From IMG/VR virus record IMGVR_UViG_3300029745_000341, positions 1-64,000 of that record: a stretch of DNA of 64,000 bases. One strand, written 5' to 3'. The notes under the pieces are model-generated. The model saw only the letters and a program-made list of their open reading frames with translations. It searched no databases and was not told where the DNA came from. The position numbers were made by a program, and so were the translations under genes. The stretch is from a virus. Taxonomy: Duplodnaviria > Heunggongvirae > Uroviricota > Caudoviricetes. Below, piece by piece: positions 7,751 through 16,949 of this stretch. How positions within the stretch are numbered: position 1 is the stretch's first letter; every line of letters begins with the position of its first letter.

Positions 7751-8416
7751 ATGGAAACTAACTATCAGAAAAATACACCTGACAATTTCTGGCAAATAAG
7801 ATGGCTTGACAAATACATGGAAGGCCACAAAGGGTTCATAGCTGGTGGATGTTTTAAGAATATTCTTTCTGAGGAAAAAGTGAAAGATATTGATGTATTC
7901 TTTGAAAGCGAAAGCGATTTTCAGGAAGCTGTCAATTTGTTCAATGATGAAAAACACCAAAAAGAAGGGTGGAGATTTAAGTACAGAAATGAGAAGGTAT
8001 GTGCGTTCCAGAAAGAGGGAGAAAAGGTATGGGTAGAGTTCATAGAGTCAGAGTTCGGAAAGCCGAAAGAGATTCTTAGGAGCTTCGATTTTACTGTGAC
8101 AAAAATGGCTTACTATAAGGAGCCCAAATACGAAGAAAAAGAAGATGATTATTTTCCATTCTCATCTGCAAGTATAGTAGCATACGAGTACAAACTACTC
8201 TATCATGAGAAATTCTTCGAACATCTTCATATGAAGAGGCTGGTTATTGACGAAAATATCCCTTTTCCAGTAAGTACATGGGAGCGCTCATATCGGTATA
8301 AAGGATATGGTTACAATATGTGCCGGGAGACAAAGAAAAAACTTCTACAGGCTATTAAAGGTGTAAACGTAGAGGAGGAAGATGTATCTTTGTACACTAC
8401 TGGAGGATGGGATTAA
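7751..8416 (+). CDS. Putative nucleotidyltransferase-fold protein (Pol-beta-like GG...DxD)
   Basis: FIAGGCFKNILSEEKVKDIDVFF fits the hG[GS]x9-13DhD pattern of minimal nucleotidyltransferases. 221 aa. Confidence 0.5.
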   Translation: METNYQKNTPDNFWQIRWLDKYMEGHKGFIAGGCFKNILSEEKVKDIDVFFESESDFQEAVNLFNDEKHQKEGWRFKYRNEKVCAFQKEGEKVWVEFIESEFGKPKEILRSFDFTVTKMAYYKEPKYEEKEDDYFPFSSASIVAYEYKLLYHEKFFEHLHMKRLVIDENIPFPVSTWERSYRYKGYGYNMCRETKKKLLQAIKGVNVEEEDVSLYTTGGWD

Positions 8417-8874
8417 CCTATAAAACAAAATTGCTTATGAAAACATTAGAACAACTTAAAGAATTAGCATCAAAATGTTTAGACGGTAGAGATTTTAACA
8501 GACTGGCTAAATTTATCCCATATAACATGATAAAGGATTTCGGTATGGAGCCGAACGAAGAATACAATAACGAAGAAAGGTGGAACAGTACTGTAGTTGA
8601 ATTTACCAGGGAGAATGTTTTGAAACAGCTTGAAGAAGATGTAAGATTCGGTTTTGAAAAGGCATTAAATCAGAGAGGGATATCAGCCAGTTTAATGTTT
8701 GAATGTGTGATGATGTGGAACTACATCCTGGAAGAAGGTCTTGAAGACTGGGATGAGGATGATTATGGATTTTACGGGCTACCTCTATTTAAAGCTACGG
8801 CTGTAAAATACGGATGGGATAATCCTATAGGGGAAGACAGCGGGAGAGAAAGAAAATATGATTCACAGTATTAA
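8407..8874 (+). CDS. Hypothetical acidic protein
   Basis: 155-aa ORF. The start may instead be the internal ATG at 8437. Confidence 0.45.
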   Translation: MGLTYKTKLLMKTLEQLKELASKCLDGRDFNRLAKFIPYNMIKDFGMEPNEEYNNEERWNSTVVEFTRENVLKQLEEDVRFGFEKALNQRGISASLMFECVMMWNYILEEGLEDWDEDDYGFYGLPLFKATAVKYGWDNPIGEDSGRERKYDSQY

Positions 8875-8885
8875 ATGGGCATATC

Positions 8886-9740
8886 ATGAGCACAAGTAAA
8901 GAATGCAAGGCAGTAAGGAACTGTATATTAAATGAACTTCACCTTACCAAAGAAGATATAATCAAAAACATAGAGCCGTTATTGGAGAAACACGTAAAAC
9001 GGTACATGGTTAATACATATGGAGGTGACAACCAGATAGAAAACTGGATCAGATGCATGGTGAATGATGAACTCAAACGAAGAGATCATGATTTTGTAAG
9101 AAAAGCGTGCGAGAGCGTCATCAGGGATCATGTATTAAATGAGTTGAATATAATCGTAAGATCCAAAAGTGAGAAATGTACATGTGAAAACAGAGTACCA
9201 TCCGAAGAGGATAAGAAAGAGTCAACTGACGGACTGTATATAATCTACAAAGACGGACATGCAGAGCCGTTTACCGGCGATAACTCCAAAGATTGTGTAC
9301 GATACATCGGGTTGAAGCACAGATACATGTCATTTGCAATCTCACTGACGGAGCATGATATCGTACAATTGCTTGACGATGATAGCCGTGAAGAATCCGG
9401 AAGTGGGACATATTATGAACGTGAATGTGATGCGCTGTTTGACATTGACGGACGCGGCAATACGGAACGCCTTGTAGCCAGAAATCCAAAATTGAGAAAT
9501 CTGCTGGAAGATGGCGAGTATATACCATCTCTTGGTCAATTAAATTTAATGGCCCATAATATGGACGAACTAAACAAAGCATTCACTTATGTTTCGGCAT
9601 CTCCCCTCTCCTCGACGTGGTATTGGTCCAGTACTGAGAGCAGCCAGGCCGTCGCGTGGTACGTGGTCTTCTCCAGTGGCCTCACGGGCACTGGCAACAA
9701 GCACATCGGAGACATGGTTCGGACGGTAATTGATTTTTAA
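8886..9740 (+). CDS. Hypothetical protein with DUF1566-like C-terminus (WYWSSTE...AWYVVF...VRTV)
   Basis: 284-aa ORF. The C-terminal motif resembles DUF1566 / Lcl C-terminal domains. This call is from memory, not a search. Confidence 0.5.
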   Translation: MSTSKECKAVRNCILNELHLTKEDIIKNIEPLLEKHVKRYMVNTYGGDNQIENWIRCMVNDELKRRDHDFVRKACESVIRDHVLNELNIIVRSKSEKCTCENRVPSEEDKKESTDGLYIIYKDGHAEPFTGDNSKDCVRYIGLKHRYMSFAISLTEHDIVQLLDDDSREESGSGTYYERECDALFDIDGRGNTERLVARNPKLRNLLEDGEYIPSLGQLNLMAHNMDELNKAFTYVSASPLSSTWYWSSTESSQAVAWYVVFSSGLTGTGNKHIGDMVRTVIDF

Positions 9741-9751
9741 AAAGGATTACA

Positions 9752-10564
9752 ATGATAACATCAGTAAAAATAAAAGACAATACGAAAACTCCATTTGAAT
9801 ATGTTTCTGACATAGAAGCGTTTGAAAATGGCAGAGAATTTATTTTCAAGCCAGGAGTGAATGTGATTGTAGGTAAAAACGGTAGTGGAAAATCAACCTT
9901 GCTTAACATCATATCAATGTATGCGTTATGTGAGAAATCCATGTGCTCTGAAATACCGATCGAGGCACTGGATTTTCCACCTATATTTGATGATGATGAT
10001 GATGACAAGGTTCTTGATGGGATTGACATATCATCCGATTATGCAGGGAAAGTATTCCGTTTATTGCCATCGGCGGAGATAAATCGAGATAGCGTATTGA
10101 AAAACATCAGCAACTTAGATTTGTATGTGAATAATATTCGAAGATCTTATGGAGAGAAAGTGGTGTTATCATTGGAATCACTTTTCAATTTAATGTTCGG
10201 TCAAAAGGATTATACGTTTCCAATACAAGATCTTGTAGAATACAAGAAAAAATCAAATGCGTTTTGGATTAAAAGGATTGATAGTCTGTTGAAGTATTAT
10301 AAAAGAAACCGCATAACATTAGCAGAAAGCAGTTTTGAATACACGGTTCTCATGGATGAGCCAGACAGGAATCTTGACATTGACAATATAATGCAAATTT
10401 ATAATGTATTGTCATTCCATAAACTACAAACGCAAATTATAGCCATAGTACACAATCCGGCATTGATTTACAAGTTAAGCAAATTAGATTGTGTGAATTT
10501 CATAGAGATGACAGAAGGATATCTAAAGGATGTTGTCAATTTCATAAGTGAAACAAATAAATGA
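9752..10564 (+). CDS. Standalone ABC-type / AAA_21-like P-loop ATPase
   Basis: Walker A VGKNGSGKST, Walker B plus D-loop VLMDEPDRNLD, and an H-loop-like IVHNP. An unusual DDDDDD run sits in the insert. 270 aa. Confidence 0.7.
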   Translation: MITSVKIKDNTKTPFEYVSDIEAFENGREFIFKPGVNVIVGKNGSGKSTLLNIISMYALCEKSMCSEIPIEALDFPPIFDDDDDDKVLDGIDISSDYAGKVFRLLPSAEINRDSVLKNISNLDLYVNNIRRSYGEKVVLSLESLFNLMFGQKDYTFPIQDLVEYKKKSNAFWIKRIDSLLKYYKRNRITLAESSFEYTVLMDEPDRNLDIDNIMQIYNVLSFHKLQTQIIAIVHNPALIYKLSKLDCVNFIEMTEGYLKDVVNFISETNK

Positions 10565-10570
10565 AAGAGA

Positions 10571-10924
10571 ATGAGAAAAGAACTGAAAATAATAGGATCA
10601 AGAGATCGGCACGTATTTACAGCGACATTCATTCGTTTTGGATTCAGGGATGGGTATAAAGGACCTGTAAAGACAATACTTTTACAAGACGTGTTACTCG
10701 ATGGCAAAATAGTAACAGATCATTTGTGGTTTGATTTGACAAAAGGATTCGAAAGCGCCGATTTATTACCAGGCGATGTGGTTGAGTTTTGTGCAAGGGT
10801 TAGTATTTACGAGAAAGGATATAAAGGATATAGGAATGACGTATTCGATAGGCCGATAGAAAAGGATTATCGATTGTCAAGACCAACAAAGATTAAAAAG
10901 ATTGGGAAGAAATCAATAGATTGA
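10571..10924 (+). CDS. Hypothetical protein (possible partner of the ATPase)
   Basis: 117-aa ORF starting 7 nt after the ATPase stop. Confidence 0.45.
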   Translation: MRKELKIIGSRDRHVFTATFIRFGFRDGYKGPVKTILLQDVLLDGKIVTDHLWFDLTKGFESADLLPGDVVEFCARVSIYEKGYKGYRNDVFDRPIEKDYRLSRPTKIKKIGKKSID

Positions 10925-11024
10925 CATACTACCGCGAACTTTAGGTGTGGGAGTATGTCAAAGAGATGACAGAAGGGCATCTTAGTAAAACTTGTATATT
11001 TGTGTCTAATTAATTAAAGGTGAG

Positions 11025-11333
11025 ATGAACTGGAAGAAATTCAAAGAGGAAAAACCTTCAGAGGGAGAAGAAGTGTTGGCTTATCACCCAAGTTGGATAG
11101 ATGAAGATTTCAACCCAAGAGGTATAAGAATAGGGTTTTGGAATGGAGGAGACGATTTTAAATCGGCTCATTGGTGGGATTATCAAGATTGTTATATCAC
11201 AATCTCTCATTGTGATTGTGATGATAATTCTCTTTTCAGTGATAGAATAAAAAACAGCATAGAGCCAGAGTTATGGATATCACTTGATGTTATTACAAAT
11301 TACTTACCTGATATAAAACAAAATCACTTATAA
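11025..11333 (+). CDS. DUF551-like small protein
   Basis: WKKFKEEKPSEGEEVLAY resembles the DUF551 N-terminal W...P...VLv motif. Confidence 0.45.
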   Translation: MNWKKFKEEKPSEGEEVLAYHPSWIDEDFNPRGIRIGFWNGGDDFKSAHWWDYQDCYITISHCDCDDNSLFSDRIKNSIEPELWISLDVITNYLPDIKQNHL

Positions 11334-11489
11334 CAATGAGCTATTTTATATTAATGGGGAGAAGGATTCCCAAGCAAGCCAGGCTTTAAGTTTCAAAATG
11401 AAACAGATAACATTCGTCCTTTCCTATCAATCAGGATAAGAGGGAAGGAGGAAATTATACCATTTAAAGATAAAAGGGAAATACTGTCC

Positions 11490-11714
11490 GTGAAAGCGCA
11501 TCTATGTTCTGTCTTCTCCGGATTTGTGAAAATAGGTGACTGGTATCTCAAGATGTCGGAGGTTAAGGAATATAAGCCGGTAACTGCCGAGGATATGAAC
11601 CCCTACATCTTGTTTAAGACATCTAAGTTCGGGAACATAAAAGTTCGTTTCCAAAAAGATGAAGATATGAATGCAGAATTATTGATATTGGATCAACTTT
11701 TTGATGTGGAATAA
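11490..11714 (+). CDS. Hypothetical protein
   Basis: 74-aa ORF, co-directional with its neighbours. Confidence 0.35.
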   Translation: MKAHLCSVFSGFVKIGDWYLKMSEVKEYKPVTAEDMNPYILFKTSKFGNIKVRFQKDEDMNAELLILDQLFDVE

Positions 11715-11743
11715 ATTAGTAATCACCTTTTATAAATCAAGCT

Positions 11744-11995
11744 ATGACCTGGAAAGAATTGAAAGACAAAATATCTCTTATGACAGAAGAAGAGCAACAG
11801 CAGGAAGTTGCAGTTTGGGGAGAATATCTGAATTTGATGAAAGATTGCTCCTTGGAGAAAACAAATGAGAATATGTACTACAACTCTGAATGGGATTATA
11901 CTCTTGAAGAGAGTGAATTGGAACCGGAAGACAAGAATGACCCTGATGTACATAGGGTATATGAAGCAGGAATGTATTATATTTATTCGAATTGA
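11744..11995 (+). CDS. Hypothetical acidic protein
   Basis: 83-aa ORF. Confidence 0.4.
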   Translation: MTWKELKDKISLMTEEEQQQEVAVWGEYLNLMKDCSLEKTNENMYYNSEWDYTLEESELEPEDKNDPDVHRVYEAGMYYIYSN

Positions 11996-12013
11996 TTTTA
12001 AAAAGATCTGATT

Positions 12014-12760
12014 ATGGCAGCATTAACAACACTAAATATAACGGAAAAGAACGCTAATAACAGTTTGTCCGTAACTGTTAAAGTGAATGTCACCAAAGAA
12101 GGAGTGTTTACCACTACCTTGTCAAAAGAAGATGTGGATAAGATTCATTCTTATGGGATCAAATTACCTACAAACAGATTAGGCAACGAAGGATATTTCA
12201 ATAGTATAGCACTTTCTGATTTGGAAAGTCAAATCAGGGAAGTTCTGAAGAGATGTTTAAGTTATAAAATAGTAGAAGAAGTGCCTGTTATTAAGTATCA
12301 ACTGGAAACGAATTGCATGTTTTCCTATGACAAAAACGGAAATATTGTCCCTAACCCCTCTAAGGAATGGACAGGAAATGATGAGAATGGAAAATGGAGG
12401 GATGGAACTTCCCGTTTAGATGCCTTAAACACCCAACCTTTCGGTTTTAGTGTTTATGCAAAACCATTTCTAAAAAGAGTAATTGAATATGGTAATGGAG
12501 AGACAAAAGTAGAATACGGCAGGTTAAATACAGAAAAAGGAACTTATGCGCACTGGCTGAATTATGTAACATGCATATCATACAATCGATATAAGCCGGT
12601 AATGGAAGTGGAATGCAACGAATGCACCTCAAAATTATTCGTTGATATGATCAAATCTATTTGTGAGATAAGTGAACAAGTCAAGAGTTTTATCAATCCA
12701 GAACAAATAAAAGCAATTGCGGAGTCAAATGAACCGATTTTGCTTTTATCTAACAACTAA
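12014..12760 (+). CDS. Hypothetical protein
   Basis: 248-aa ORF with no recognisable motif. Confidence 0.5.
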   Translation: MAALTTLNITEKNANNSLSVTVKVNVTKEGVFTTTLSKEDVDKIHSYGIKLPTNRLGNEGYFNSIALSDLESQIREVLKRCLSYKIVEEVPVIKYQLETNCMFSYDKNGNIVPNPSKEWTGNDENGKWRDGTSRLDALNTQPFGFSVYAKPFLKRVIEYGNGETKVEYGRLNTEKGTYAHWLNYVTCISYNRYKPVMEVECNECTSKLFVDMIKSICEISEQVKSFINPEQIKAIAESNEPILLLSNN

Positions 12761-12913
12761 AAAATCATGAGGTATGTATGTGTTTTTATCTGCTTTCTGT
12801 TATGGCTTATTTTTACGTTGTTATTATCATTCACTGTCATAGGATTGGTTATAAGCGTGAGTGATGAATGGCAGGAAATGGGTAACAAAATAATAGATAA
12901 ACTTTAATAAAAT

Positions 12914-13159
12914 ATGAATAAGAATATAATCAACAACGCTCAACTTTTAGAGATTAAAACTAAGATTAGACAACTTGGAGCAATGATGAATGCATATCAA
13001 TGCAGGTTTGTGGTTTTTTCGGGTCAATTGTTTTTTGTGGATGATGAATATGCTGGAACGGTTAAACTGACTAATCTTGATAATGGAGAATCTAACATAT
13101 CATTCCCTTCATGTGACGATGGATTGATAATCAATCCAGCCGATAAGCATATTAAATAA
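12914..13159 (+). CDS. Hypothetical protein
   Basis: 81-aa ORF. Confidence 0.35.
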   Translation: MNKNIINNAQLLEIKTKIRQLGAMMNAYQCRFVVFSGQLFFVDDEYAGTVKLTNLDNGESNISFPSCDDGLIINPADKHIK

Positions 13160-13203
13160 TTTCAAAACTAAAAATATTTAAATTAATTAAACAATAATAA
13201 GAC

Positions 13204-13455
13204 ATGAAACAAGATATAGAATATGCTGTTCCTCTTTTTAAAGCTGGTGCAGAATGGCGCATTAACAGCGTGTGGCACGATGCAAGAGAAAAGCCAGACA
13301 AAGGGAAGCTGCTCATTGTGGAGGATATTGACGGTGCTTATGATTTGGTCTATTTAACCAAGAGCAAGCCATGGGAAGAACTTTCAGAAAAGGATCATTA
13401 TATGCGCTGGGCATACATCGAGGACTTGCTCCCATGCGAAGAAGAAAGGGGGTGA
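13204..13455 (+). CDS. DUF551 domain protein (paralog A)
   Basis: AGAEWRINSVWHDAREKPDKGKLLIV...RWAYIEDLLP matches the two conserved DUF551 blocks. Confidence 0.5.
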   Translation: MKQDIEYAVPLFKAGAEWRINSVWHDAREKPDKGKLLIVEDIDGAYDLVYLTKSKPWEELSEKDHYMRWAYIEDLLPCEEERG

Positions 13456-13457
13456 TA

Positions 13458-13706
13458 ATGAATAAAAAATTAAGAAATGCCATAAAGAAAGCAGAAAACA
13501 AACAAAACGAAGCGGACCTTGCACTGCAATCCATTTGGGAACATCTTGCTTTCTCAGGATTTAGAGATAATGAGCCTAATTTGAGCATGGCTTCAGGAAA
13601 TGAAATCATACTTGAATGGAACGGTTCAGAAATGAATGCGAATGAGATTATAGACCGTATGGAATCAGTAGGATATATAACTCCCGATGATTTTATTGGA
13701 GGTTAG
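13458..13706 (+). CDS. Hypothetical protein
   Basis: Start moved to the ATG 3 nt after the preceding stop. This ATG is internal to track ORF 13371..13706. Confidence 0.4.
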   Translation: MNKKLRNAIKKAENKQNEADLALQSIWEHLAFSGFRDNEPNLSMASGNEIILEWNGSEMNANEIIDRMESVGYITPDDFIGG

Positions 13707-13722
13707 ATTAAAGTATAAAATT

Positions 13723-14034
13723 ATGAAAAGAGAAGATATTGAAAAAGCAGCAAAAGATTATTCCATAGGTCTTAAAGAAGTGGATGCAGACGATTATGTT
13801 CTACGCAAGGATAATTGCCGTGAAGACTTCATGGCGGGTGCAGAATGGAGCATCAACAGCGCGTGGTATGATGCAAGCGAAACACCACAACACAGTGGAA
13901 TGTTGATTGCTATTAAACAAGATGGAACTCCTATTGTCTGTGGGCCAAATAACTCTAATTGGAAAATAGCTGTTAGAATTTTCCATATCGTAAGATGGGC
14001 ATACATCGAAAATTTACTGCCTATTACATGTTGA
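13723..14034 (+). CDS. DUF551 domain protein (paralog B)
   Basis: AGAEWSINSAWYDASETPQ...RWAYIENLLP is paralogous to 13204..13455. Start taken at the second ATG to avoid overlap. Confidence 0.5.
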   Translation: MKREDIEKAAKDYSIGLKEVDADDYVLRKDNCREDFMAGAEWSINSAWYDASETPQHSGMLIAIKQDGTPIVCGPNNSNWKIAVRIFHIVRWAYIENLLPITC

Positions 14035-14055
14035 ATAATATATTTTCACGAGATC

Positions 14056-14271
14056 ATGACCGATAGAGAGCTTCTTGAAGAAAACAATAAAATACTAAAA
14101 GAAATTATAAATTTTGTAAGGAAAGTTGATTCTACTGAATACAGGGATCATCAAGACTTTATGGAATTTCTGAGGAATGTGGCAGCCGATATATGGGTGG
14201 GATATACGGAGCCTGAACAAAGAAGTAAGTTGTTTAATCTAATGAATAAAAAAAATGAAAACAGTTTTTGA
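14056..14271 (+). CDS. Hypothetical protein
   Basis: 71-aa ORF. Confidence 0.4.
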   Translation: MTDRELLEENNKILKEIINFVRKVDSTEYRDHQDFMEFLRNVAADIWVGYTEPEQRSKLFNLMNKKNENSF

Positions 14272-14289
14272 TTAAGCAGAGATGAGATT

Positions 14290-14922
14290 GTGGCATTGAC
14301 AGACGAAGAGATAAGTCTGTATATAGACAAAGAGCTTGTTGGTAAGGGTATTCCAATTGAAGCTAAAAATTGGAATATAAAGAACGAAAAAGAAGTCGTG
14401 TATCCAAGAACGGGAGTTCCAGTATTTATGTTAAAAGATATCGGCATCGGTTTTAGAACCATAGAAGGTGCAACTGAGGTGGCTAATTTGCTTATTAAAT
14501 ATAATGCATTTAAAATGGAATCAAAGTTTCTGATAGGATCGTATGAGCAGTTTTGGATCATAAATGGAAGTGTTTGCCCAGCCATTACAGGAGAAGCGGG
14601 ATATAGCAAGGAAGAGTTTGATAAGGTAAACAAGGAAAACAAAGATCCAGAATTGGAAAGTATAAATTCTTTCAATGATACTGTGAAAAAAGCCAATGAA
14701 ATCAAAGACAGGGTATTGAAATACGTGGACAAGATAAAACAGGAGCGTGCGTACAACATCGACCTTTGCATGACTTTCGAAAGATATATTGAGATAGCAG
14801 ATAAAGATGCGGAGCGGGCTATGGCTTTCTTGAAAGAAGCCTACCCGTTTAATGAAGAAACAGAAGTCTTTATCAGGAAAAGATACAATATGTCTATCGA
14901 TGTTGACCCGGAAGAAAATTAA
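14290..14922 (+). CDS. Hypothetical protein
   Basis: 210-aa ORF. The long minus-strand ORF 14151..14771 is a low-complexity antisense artefact. Confidence 0.5.
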   Translation: MALTDEEISLYIDKELVGKGIPIEAKNWNIKNEKEVVYPRTGVPVFMLKDIGIGFRTIEGATEVANLLIKYNAFKMESKFLIGSYEQFWIINGSVCPAITGEAGYSKEEFDKVNKENKDPELESINSFNDTVKKANEIKDRVLKYVDKIKQERAYNIDLCMTFERYIEIADKDAERAMAFLKEAYPFNEETEVFIRKRYNMSIDVDPEEN

Positions 14923-14970
14923 TTTATATTAAATCATTTTGTTTCTTATTAAGCAACAAAAGACATATCT

Positions 14971-15243
14971 TTGTCCGGAAAAAACAGAATGGAAGAAAAA
15001 GAGATAAAAGAAGCTATGATTGAAGCCCTAACGCACTTAGAGGGGTGTAAGTATTTCGTAGCTACGATAGTAAATGAAGAGGAAAGAAGATTTGATATGA
15101 GCCTAAGAATGTCACAACATCAATTGGCATTAATTATAAAAGGCATCTTATCTAATAATGAGATGATGATGATGGATGTTTTGCAGTGGTGTTCTGAAAG
15201 ATTTAAAAACAGTATAGAGAAAGGAAAGAAATCAACTAATTAA
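14971..15243 (+). CDS. Hypothetical protein
   Basis: 90-aa ORF. Confidence 0.4.
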   Translation: MSGKNRMEEKEIKEAMIEALTHLEGCKYFVATIVNEEERRFDMSLRMSQHQLALIIKGILSNNEMMMMDVLQWCSERFKNSIEKGKKSTN

Positions 15244-15254
15244 ATATTAATACA

Positions 15255-15725
15255 ATGAATCGCTGGTTTGAAATTACGGTAAAAGCCGAGATTGATAATA
15301 TCGAGAACGGCAAAAAAAAGAAGGTAACTGAAAAGTATTTAGTGGATGCCTTGTCTTACACAGAGGCAGAATCAAGATCGTTGGAGATCTTCAAGGATTT
15401 GTACAATTCTTTCGAGGTTGTAAAAATTAATCCTATTAAAGTGTCGGAAATCTTCTTCAACGGAGAGGCTGAGTACTGGTATAAGTGTAAGGTGAATTAC
15501 ATTACACTGGATGAAAAGAAAGGTAAAGAAAAGAAAACACCATGCTATATGTATGTCCAGGCCGGCAATCCCAAGGATGCCGAAGCTGTGTTGACTAAAG
15601 GCATGCAGGGTACGTTGGGCGACTGGAATTGCGAAGCTATTGCTGAAACGAAGATCATAGACGTATTCAAATACGATCTTCAGAAGGGAGCTGAAAAATT
15701 AGGCGAGAAGAAGAGTGAAGAGTAA
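15255..15725 (+). CDS. Hypothetical protein
   Basis: 156-aa ORF. Confidence 0.5.
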   Translation: MNRWFEITVKAEIDNIENGKKKKVTEKYLVDALSYTEAESRSLEIFKDLYNSFEVVKINPIKVSEIFFNGEAEYWYKCKVNYITLDEKKGKEKKTPCYMYVQAGNPKDAEAVLTKGMQGTLGDWNCEAIAETKIIDVFKYDLQKGAEKLGEKKSEE

Positions 15726-15954
15726 GGCTGATGTAGTTTCCAACATAGCGCTTGTTGTGGCGATAATATCATTGCTTTCAGCAGGCGCTTTCCTTCTGAT
15801 AGTGATTAAGACAGACGAGGTATCTAAATTATTAATGAACGTACCTTATCTACTGGCTTCAGTGGGATTGTTCTTTTCAATAATATCATTATTATTCGAA
15901 TGGAAAGCAAGGAAAAGAAGCTATACGTCTGCGAACGATGCGGACGAAAAGTGA
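15715..15954 (+). CDS. Small two-TM membrane protein (holin-like topology)
   Basis: Two hydrophobic helices (IALVVAIISLLSAGAFLLIVI and LLASVGLFFSIISLLF) followed by a charged C-terminus. Confidence 0.4.
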   Translation: MKSKADVVSNIALVVAIISLLSAGAFLLIVIKTDEVSKLLMNVPYLLASVGLFFSIISLLFEWKARKRSYTSANDADEK

Positions 15955-16421
15955 TGATAAGAAGTCATGGCTTATGCCAGGCTTGCAGGAGCAAAGAGTT
16001 GACTCCGAAGAAAAAAAACAGAATTACATCCATTAAAAACAGCAGCAAGAAGAAAAAGTTAGAGAACCCGGATTTATCCGGGTTTTTTCGTCTTATGTTG
16101 GAGGAGTTGAGTACTATTCGAATGTCTATGACTGGTAAGGCTATTCATTTTCCTACAGTATGTAACGTCTGTCACATACTTCCGAAAAGGATATATAAGT
16201 CGGTTGCTACTTGCAGGGATAATATAGTTTTCCTTCATGAATCGGAGCATACGGTATTCGACATGTATCTTGACCGGATGGAATTTGATAAACTTGAAAC
16301 AGAATTTCCTTTTGTATGGAAGTATGCGGTAAAGAAGGTACTGGATATGGAAAGCAGGGGAATGATCAAAGAAAGAGGTAGGTTGATTATTGAAATAATT
16401 GACAGATATAACCCCAAATAG
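15900..16421 (+). CDS. Putative HNH endonuclease with N-terminal zinc ribbon
   Basis: CERC...CQAC ribbon, then CNVCHILPKR...DNIVFLHESEH with HNH-like H..N..H spacing. Overlaps the previous gene by 55 nt. The alternative start at 15954 would drop the ribbon. Confidence 0.45.
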   Translation: MESKEKKLYVCERCGRKVMIRSHGLCQACRSKELTPKKKNRITSIKNSSKKKKLENPDLSGFFRLMLEELSTIRMSMTGKAIHFPTVCNVCHILPKRIYKSVATCRDNIVFLHESEHTVFDMYLDRMEFDKLETEFPFVWKYAVKKVLDMESRGMIKERGRLIIEIIDRYNPK

Positions 16422-16696
16422 TATTAAACTAATATAATTCTATTATAAAAGTTTAATACATCTCTTTCAGAGATCGGGTTATTAGCCTAAGCCTTGAAAC
16501 AAAGGCTACGTTATTTGAGAATAGATAGTTACCTACGGATGTTTACCCAAGTTCGTAGCTCTAAGAATGGTGGTTAAACAGGAGTAGTGTATTTGACGAA
16601 ACAGTGTTGCCATTATATAAAACCTCTTATAACATTGGCGATGGGTACTAACAGGATGAAATATTCCTGACTTATCCCTAACGGGATTTACATCTA

Positions 16697-16722
16697 CCTC
16701 GGAGACCGAAAGGTCTCCGAGG
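16697..16722. other. Perfect 11-bp palindrome CCTCGGAGACC-GAAA-GGTCTCCGAGG inside a 530-bp ORF-free region
   Basis: Seen directly. Imperfect stem extensions run about 16692..16727, and no U-tract follows. Confidence 0.5.
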
Positions 16723-16949
16723 GGATGTATTAAAACAGATGAATAGCTTTAAATATATTTAATAGAATATGGGATATGAAAAAAAAAATATAAGGTTACA
16801 ATAGAAGCTGACGATGAAATTATTTTCATTGCCAACGTAAAAAGAGGAGAGAGTGAGAGAGAAATTGATTTTGAGGGAGCAGCCGCAGATATGGATGAGA
16901 CTGTAACTGTGTTGTATTATGTTAAAGAGGAATTAATTGAGAAATTGCG

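Noticed and set aside
9682-10029. 115-aa minus-strand ORF with a poly-Ser run
   Set aside because: It overlaps two plus-strand genes including the motif-supported ATPase. Low-complexity antisense artefact.
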